Assembly (NCBI GenBank): GCA_038217285.1
Contig: JBBQPO010000147.1
Span: forward strand, 1 to 15,400
Direction: 5' to 3'
DNA from: Chthonomonadales bacterium
Lineage (GTDB): Bacteria; Armatimonadota; Chthonomonadetes; Chthonomonadales; Chthonomonadaceae
Length of the DNA: 15,400 bases
Each line of letters starts with the position of its first letter. The first letter of the stretch is position 1. Both the position numbers and the translations under genes were made by a program. Shown here piece after piece: positions 10,488 to 15,400 of this stretch. The notes beneath the pieces are model-generated. The model saw nothing but the letters and a program-made list of their open reading frames with translations, did no database searches and was not told the origin of the DNA.

Positions 10488-10682
10488 GACCGCCCCTAAA
10501 GGAGCGGTCTGATGCGGTAAGCCCCCTGAAGGGGACTGTGCTGGTTGCCTTGCAAGTTTAATCCCGCCATAGAGACCTATTTGTTTGTTTGTTTGATCGC
10601 CCGAACGGAAGAATCTGCTGACGGCGCACACAGGGCCGTTCACGGTCCTTACAAAAGACAGACCGCTCCTTTAGGGGCGGGC
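10488..10682. repeat. Inverted pair of REP/IS200-IS605-end-like hairpins (REPIN/PATE-like non-autonomous element)
   Basis: CCGCCCCTAAAGGAGCGGTCTG (10490-10511) is a perfect 22-bp inverted repeat of CAGACCGCTCCTTTAGGGGCGG (10659-10680). Each copy is itself a hairpin. A related hairpin AGCCCCCTGAAGGGGACT is at 10520-10537, and (TTTG)4 is at 10580-10595. Confidence 0.7.
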
Positions 10683-10699
10683 CCAACGACCTGATGGAC

Positions 10700-10728
10700 T
10701 TGACACCTCTCTGGGAACCGCTTATAAT
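10700..10728 (+). promoter_or_regulatory. Perfect-consensus sigma70 promoter for the PPC-domain gene
   Basis: TTGACA (10700-10705), 17 bp spacer, TATAAT (10723-10728). Confidence 0.85.
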
Positions 10729-10807
10729 GACCGTAGCGAGAAAGCGCACTCAGGCCCACGACGGGCCTGCTTTCGCGCGGCGTTGCGCCCCCAAGGAACC
10801 GACTACG

Positions 10808-12910
10808 ATGACTTCCACTCCATCTTTTTCCACCCGATGCGCCTGCGTACAGAGCCGATTGAGGAGAGCGATACGGTTGACGGCCCGCCGCCTGCCCCTC
10901 TTTTGTCTGCTCCTCGGCATTGCTCTCATAATGCTGTCTCCGTTTGCGCCGTCTGCTGGAGCGCAAAGGCACCCTCTCGAAATCCGCGCCGTCTATCCCC
11001 TGGGCGGCAATGCCGGCACAACGACGCGCGTGACCATCACAGGCATGAGTCTGCGCGACGCCAGCGCGATCCTCTTCAGTGTGCCCGACGTGACAGCGAA
11101 GATCGTTCCGCCCGACCCGGCCGCACGGCCCACCGCGACGATGGACAGCGACGGCAACCCGCCCGTCGTCGCCGACATCACTGCGGCGAAAGGCAGCGTT
11201 CCCGGAGTGGTCACCTTCCGCATCGTCTCGCCTGCTGGTATCAGCGACGCCCGGAAATGGATCGTCGGATGGGAGATCCTGCAGACCGAGGCGCAGAGGC
11301 TTCTTGGCGCTCTGGAGCAGGCGGTGATCCTGCCGACCGCTGTCAACGGGCATATTCTGGAAGCCGGAGACCGCAATTCGTTCGGCTGTGAACTGCAGGC
11401 GGGTCGGACGTTTGTGGCCGTCGTGCAGGCCGCCGTCGTGGATTCGCCGCTCGACTCGCTGCTCACCCTCCGGGATGCCACCGGACGCGAAGTCGCCTCC
11501 AACGACGACGACACCGGCCCCGACTCCCTGCTGGAGTTCGTCCCGGCCAAAAGCGGTCACTACACCCTCACCCTCAGCAGCGCTGTCGGGGCAGGCGGCC
11601 CCAACTATTCCTATCGCCTCAGCATGGGAGAGATCCCGCTGCTGCGCGCGCTGTTTCCGGCCAGTATCCTGTTCAAAATGCCGACAACCGTAAAGCTGAT
11701 CGGAGTCAACGTTCCTGCGACGGCAGACGCGCCCGGCCAGCCGTATGCCGGCGTCATCGCCCCCTCCCTCTCCGCGTCCGGCACGTCCAGCAGGCCGATC
11801 AGAAGCAATGCGCTGCCGCTCTACTACAGCGGCCTGCCCACCATTCAGGAGCAGGAGCCCAACGACACTCCCGCCAAGGCGACGACGATGCCGGTGCCCG
11901 GCATTGCCAGCGGGCAGTTCTGGCGAACGGACGGCAGTCCCAACAGCGATACGGACTTCTATCGTTTCCATGCTGCGGCCGGACAACGTCTTCTGATCGA
12001 CGTGCAGTGTCAGGCGGTCGGAAGTCAGGCCGATCCGATGCTCACGCTGATAGACGCGAACGGCAAAACGCTCCTGGAAAACGACGACACGAATGGCCGG
12101 GACTCACATCTCGACTTCACGGCCCCGCAGGCGGGCGACTACCTGCTCCGGCTGCGCGAGGCCACCGGTCGTTCCGCGCCGGAACTGGTCTATCGACTGC
12201 TCGTGCTGCCGCCTCCCCCGCCCGGCTTCACGCTGACCACAGAGACACGCGGCCGCGTCCTCGGACAGGGCGATTCGCTGGCACTGGAGGTGAATGTCGC
12301 ACGCGACTGGTATGACGGTCCTGTGACGCTGACGATGGCAGGACTTCCGCCGGGCGTCGCCGTCGCGCCCGTCGTCGTCCCCGCCGGATCTACGCGCGGC
12401 CTGTTGGTCTTGTCGGCGCTGCCAGTCGCGCCGCTCAACGCTTTTCCGCTTCAGATCGTCGGAACGGCCGTGATCAACGGCCAGGCCATGACGCAGCCGC
12501 TGGCCCTAGTCTCCGACTGGGTCTGGCAGGGCGGCGCCCGGCGCGTCGTCCCCGCTCCTCCCGATCTCCGAATGCTCACCGTCGGCACAGCCGCCGAATT
12601 GACGCTGACGACGACCGCCAAACAACTCACCCTCGCCCCAAACGGCAGCGTCAAAATCCCTGTCCATATTGATCGCCGTATGGTCACCAACAAGCCGATC
12701 ACCCTCCGCGCCGTGGGCCTGCCGGACGGCGTGACCGTCGCCGATGTCGTCCTTCAGCCCAACCAGACGGACGCCCAACTGGAACTGAAAGCCATGCCCA
12801 CGGCGCGCCTCGGCGCGATTCCTATTGCCCTACTCGCCCTCGTCAACAACAGCCCGACCGTCCAGCTCGAACGCTTCTCGGCGCCTGTCCTACTGACCGT
12901 TTCCAAATAG
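10808..12910 (+). CDS. Secreted pre-peptidase C-terminal (PPC) domain / Ig-like repeat protein, ~700 aa, with no catalytic domain evident
   Basis: Long signal peptide ending AGA-Q, then VYPLGGNAGTTTRVTITG. Two PPC-like repeats (DSLLTLRDATGREVASNDD...GHYTLTL and DPMLTLIDANGKTLLENDD...GDYLLRL), EQEPNDT, and C-terminal GLPPGV/GLPDGV Ig-like modules. ATG 10808 follows AAGGA and lies downstream of the promoter, so the 10694 start was rejected. Confidence 0.8.
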   Translation: MTSTPSFSTRCACVQSRLRRAIRLTARRLPLFCLLLGIALIMLSPFAPSAGAQRHPLEIRAVYPLGGNAGTTTRVTITGMSLRDASAILFSVPDVTAKIVPPDPAARPTATMDSDGNPPVVADITAAKGSVPGVVTFRIVSPAGISDARKWIVGWEILQTEAQRLLGALEQAVILPTAVNGHILEAGDRNSFGCELQAGRTFVAVVQAAVVDSPLDSLLTLRDATGREVASNDDDTGPDSLLEFVPAKSGHYTLTLSSAVGAGGPNYSYRLSMGEIPLLRALFPASILFKMPTTVKLIGVNVPATADAPGQPYAGVIAPSLSASGTSSRPIRSNALPLYYSGLPTIQEQEPNDTPAKATTMPVPGIASGQFWRTDGSPNSDTDFYRFHAAAGQRLLIDVQCQAVGSQADPMLTLIDANGKTLLENDDTNGRDSHLDFTAPQAGDYLLRLREATGRSAPELVYRLLVLPPPPPGFTLTTETRGRVLGQGDSLALEVNVARDWYDGPVTLTMAGLPPGVAVAPVVVPAGSTRGLLVLSALPVAPLNAFPLQIVGTAVINGQAMTQPLALVSDWVWQGGARRVVPAPPDLRMLTVGTAAELTLTTTAKQLTLAPNGSVKIPVHIDRRMVTNKPITLRAVGLPDGVTVADVVLQPNQTDAQLELKAMPTARLGAIPIALLALVNNSPTVQLERFSAPVLLTVSK

Positions 12911-12916
12911 GGACGA

Positions 12917-14140
12917 CTAGGCGATTACCTCGAAATATTTCACCTCGACAGGATTCAGTCCTGTTTGACGGTTCGGTCTCGGCTCCGGTTGGGCGAAGCC
13001 GTTCAGATCGATGGCGCGCGCACGGACCTCATACTTTCCGAGAGGCAGCAAGCCCACATTTGCGGTCCAGCCCGTCATGCCGTACCGCAGGGGCCAGTCG
13101 CGCGGCTTGCCACTACTACTGTCGAATCCCCAGACTTCCGAAGCGTGGACACCCGATGGAAACACATGGCTCCAGTCGGTGGGCGGAGAATCGAGACGGC
13201 ACTTTTGCCAGATCGCCGTCTCCCACGCGGGGTCGTTCTCGGAAAGATCCTGCCGGTTTCCTGTGATGCGGCGCAGCCAGTACTCGACTCGCTTCAAACC
13301 AGACAGACCGGAGATCACCGTTCCCTGTATGATCACAGGGATGTCGCCACGGATTCGATCCGGGAAACTATCCAGGTAAGCGGCTGTCTTGAGATGCGAC
13401 TCCGGATCGTTGTTCGCCTCGGCATAGGTGTCGTTGGCACGGTAATCGTTGGTCAGAACGATACGATGCAGCCATTTGATCGACTTGAAGCCGTGCGCCC
13501 AGGGCACCAGCATCCGAACCGGCCCCCCGCGTTCCAGCGAAAGCGGCTCTCCGTTCAGGCGATAGGCCAGAAACGCGGGCAGTTCCCAGGGCGGCGTCTC
13601 CATGGCCTGCGTGAAACTCAGGGAGGACTGGAAGATCTGCTTGGGATCGTCGTTGTGAAACCCCCAGTAGTAGATTCGGCGCACATTGCTGACCGAACCG
13701 ACCAGCCGCAGAACGTCCCGCAGCGGAACGCCTTCCCACAGCCCCTGCCCCAGCGGTTGCGCGATATTCAGGCACTGGATCGCTTTCAGGAACTTGACGC
13801 CGTGCGTCTTGCCCAACTTCATCAGCATCGGCAGATCCAGCGCCGTGCCCGCTTGAATCGTGGCCGGTTTCGGGACATTCGCGCCGTCCTCCCCGACAAT
13901 TTCCAGACGCCAGGTCTCGGGGGTCAGACGGGCTTTGACCAGCGCTTCGCCACGCAGCGAGTGGGGAACAGGATTGCCGCGCGCGACATCGAAGAACTTA
14001 CCGGAGGGCGTCAGCACATCGTGCTCCGCCTCCTGAGCCTCCGCCGCTGCGACAGCCGTTGCGACCGTCGTGGCGGGGCCAGCCGCCATCCCACTAATCC
14101 CAATCTTCAGCAAGTCACGCCGAGAGTGCCGTTGCGCCAT
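12917..14140 (-). CDS. Tat-exported molybdopterin-dependent oxidoreductase, sulfite oxidase family (MsrP/SoxC-like), ~407 aa
   Basis: Twin-arginine signal SRRDLLK...AAAEA and WRLEIVG. Mo-ligating Cys in IQCLN, then WEGVPLRDVL, LAYRLNGEPL..ERGGPVRMLVP and GFKSIKWL..I. C-terminal dimerisation-like region (VEY...W...YEVRARAID..G..QP). GGAGG RBS; the start could be 14143. Confidence 0.87.
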   Translation of the reverse strand: MAQRHSRRDLLKIGISGMAAGPATTVATAVAAAEAQEAEHDVLTPSGKFFDVARGNPVPHSLRGEALVKARLTPETWRLEIVGEDGANVPKPATIQAGTALDLPMLMKLGKTHGVKFLKAIQCLNIAQPLGQGLWEGVPLRDVLRLVGSVSNVRRIYYWGFHNDDPKQIFQSSLSFTQAMETPPWELPAFLAYRLNGEPLSLERGGPVRMLVPWAHGFKSIKWLHRIVLTNDYRANDTYAEANNDPESHLKTAAYLDSFPDRIRGDIPVIIQGTVISGLSGLKRVEYWLRRITGNRQDLSENDPAWETAIWQKCRLDSPPTDWSHVFPSGVHASEVWGFDSSSGKPRDWPLRYGMTGWTANVGLLPLGKYEVRARAIDLNGFAQPEPRPNRQTGLNPVEVKYFEVIA

Positions 14141-14175
14141 CATCCCCTCCAAAAATCCACGATCTGTCTGTTGTC

Positions 14176-14196
14176 ATTATAGCGCAATCGTTTCGC
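14176..14196 (-). promoter_or_regulatory. -10 box for the molybdoenzyme gene with an adjacent imperfect palindrome (possible operator)
   Basis: Minus-strand TATAAT at 14181-14176 with a poor -35 (GTCTAA). Immediately upstream is GCGAAACGATTGCGC, which has an AAnCGnTT core like LacI-family operators. Confidence 0.35.
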
Positions 14197-14265
14197 ATTT
14201 AGACCTCCTGCAACCCTTTTTCACGAGGGTACGTCCAATAAATGCTAAAAAAACTGCATCTGCTA

Positions 14266-14294
14266 TTGAAACACGAACGAATCGATGCTAAAAT
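14266..14294 (+). promoter_or_regulatory. sigma70-type promoter with extended -10
   Basis: TTGAAA (14266-14271), 17 bp spacer, TAAAAT (14289-14294) with TG at -15/-14 and an A-rich UP-like tract upstream. Predicted TSS ~14300. Confidence 0.7.
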
Positions 14295-14298
14295 ATTA

Positions 14299-14425
14299 GT
14301 CTTACAACGACGCGTTTCTTACGCCCATCTCGAACAGTGGCCGTTGATGCCTGTTTCGAGACCGTCGAGGATAGTTACCCAATCTCGACAGAATGACTGC
14401 TTGCTGTAAGTCGTCGTTGTAAGAT
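14299..14425 (+). ncRNA. Candidate structured RNA (orphan sRNA or cis-regulatory leader), family not recognised
   Basis: Perfect 13-bp closing stem TCTTACAACGACG (14300-14312) / CGTCGTTGTAAGA (14412-14424) and second helix CTTAC/GTAAG. Two internal hairpins at 14328-14361 and 14364-14389. The 5' end coincides with the predicted TSS, and there is no ORF. Confidence 0.55.
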
Positions 14426-14463
14426 TAGCATCTCAGATTCGAAGAGAGGGGCGACAGCAGCCG

Positions 14464-15053
14464 ATGACACTTAGTGGAAGGTTCAGCCGCTGGGAGCGGC
14501 AGCGGTAGCGGCGGTTGCTCGCGCACAGGTGGGCATCGCCTGGGGCAAGCCGTCCGAAGGCCTGCAGGCCGGGCTCCGCGCACCCAACGGTAGAACGAGA
14601 TATCCGATGGGCAGCATAGTCGTCATGGACTACATCGTCCGCAACGTGAGCTCAAAACAGATCGCCTTCGAGCACGACGTGTTTCCGGGCGTCGCCGGGC
14701 TCATCCCCGACGTGCTCGGGCCGAATGGAAAGCCCGCGAACACGTTCGGATTTCCCATTCTGCATACCTCCGAAATCAAGTGGGAGACGCTGCAACCTGG
14801 AGAGATGGTGGTGGTCGGCCAGACGGCGATGGGAGTGACTGGCGAGGGGGCGCCCTGGTACGACGCACGGCCGGGCCACATAACCATCAAACCGACGGAC
14901 GAGAAAACCTATACCTACCTGACCGCCATGCCGGGTCGTTATCGGATGCGGCATCTGGACACGATCGTCTCGTCCGAGTCCGGCAAGCAGGTTCTTTATA
15001 CCGGTTATCTTCCTCTGGAGATCATCGCGCCTGCTACCTCGGGCAAGCCGTAA
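14464..15053 (+). CDS. Hypothetical secreted-type protein (IAWGKP..GLQAGL domain) with an apparent frameshift in the signal peptide; intact frame 14529-15053 (174 aa)
   Basis: The domain begins GIAWGKPSEGLQAGL...YPMGSIVVMDYIVRNVS and has PGRYRMR. ATG 14464 gives MTLSGRFSR in one frame, while LGAAAVAAVARAQVGIAWGKP continues in the frame of the long ORF, which has a stop at 14472-14474. Confidence 0.6.
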
Positions 15054-15154
15054 ACGGCCTGCCGAGCGGAACGCTTCCATTGCGATACTCGAAGCCGACG
15101 GTTACGGCAGCCTGATCCGTTGGGTGGGCAGTGGTGTTCCGGATGTCAGGCATC

Positions 15155-15188
15155 GCAGAGGGTCCGCGCACAGGCGCGGACCCTCTGC
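15155..15188. terminator. Perfect 15-bp stem hairpin (terminator or REP-like)
   Basis: GCAGAGGGTCCGCGC-ACAG-GCGCGGACCCTCTGC, ~100 bp after the stop at 15053, with no long U-tract. Confidence 0.6.
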
Positions 15189-15255
15189 TTAGAATCTATC
15201 TCAAAACGCGGGAACCGCGCCTTTATGTCGGTGAGTCTTCTCTATGGGTTGTAGT

Positions 15256-15271
15256 TGGCACGATTCTTGCA
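15256..15271 (+). promoter_or_regulatory. sigma54 (RpoN) -24/-12 promoter
   Basis: TGGCACG-ATTC-TTGCA matches the consensus TGGCACG-N4-TTGC(A/T) exactly, in non-coding DNA pointing toward the window end. Confidence 0.75.
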
Positions 15272-15346
15272 ACCATGACTATTGAGAAACACGCCTTGAT
15301 GCCGACGCCTGGTCGGACGCCCCTTCGTATCTCAGGAGAGTTCCTA

Positions 15347-15400
15347 TTGACTTTCGGCCTTTTGGATTACAGACGGCCAATAACTGCGTCGAGCGCATTT
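15347..15400 (+). CDS. Possible 5' end of a gene running off the window
   Basis: AGGAG (15334-15338) followed by TTG at 15347. The frame is open to the window end (LTFGLLDYRRPITASSAF) but too short to identify. Confidence 0.3.
   Translation, partial: MTFGLLDYRRPITASSAF

Noticed and set aside
10580-10595. (TTTG)4 as a phase-variation tract
   Set aside because: Only four units, and it is not inside a coding region or promoter spacer.
10694-10807. ORF-track start for the PPC protein
   Set aside because: ATG 10694 lies upstream of the consensus promoter, whereas ATG 10808 has an RBS and precedes the signal peptide.
14299-14425. Assignment of the structured element as retron msr-msd, Moco riboswitch, tracrRNA or integron attC
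   Set aside because: No reverse transcriptase, Cas or integrase is in the window. The ends do not match RYYYAAC/GTTRRRY. It lies upstream of the molybdoenzyme gene's own putative -10 box, so it is unlikely to be in that mRNA.

Overview
GC-rich bacterial chromosomal segment, probably from a diderm (an Omp85-type barrel protein, a lipoprotein and a Tat substrate are present). The gene mix is reminiscent of Armatimonadota or PVC-like bacteria, which is an inference only. It carries mostly housekeeping and envelope genes: asnS (-), Xaa-Pro aminopeptidase (+), a secreted alpha/beta hydrolase (-), a PlpD-like patatin-Omp85 fusion (-), a BON lipoprotein (-), a small secreted His/Lys-rich repeat protein (+), clpB (-), a secreted PPC-domain protein (+), a Tat-exported sulfite-oxidase-family molybdoenzyme (-), and a small secreted-type protein whose signal peptide appears frameshifted (+). 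No CRISPR array, transposase, phage or defence gene is visible. The unusual signals are in the intergenic DNA. The main one is a ~125-nt highly structured RNA candidate (14299-14425) starting at the predicted transcription start of a near-consensus promoter. Others are a REP/PATE-like inverted-hairpin cassette between two near-perfect divergent promoters (10488-10682), a tandem REP-like hairpin doublet (1-91), an HD-GYP C-terminal gene relic (1572-1664) and a sigma-54 promoter at the right edge.
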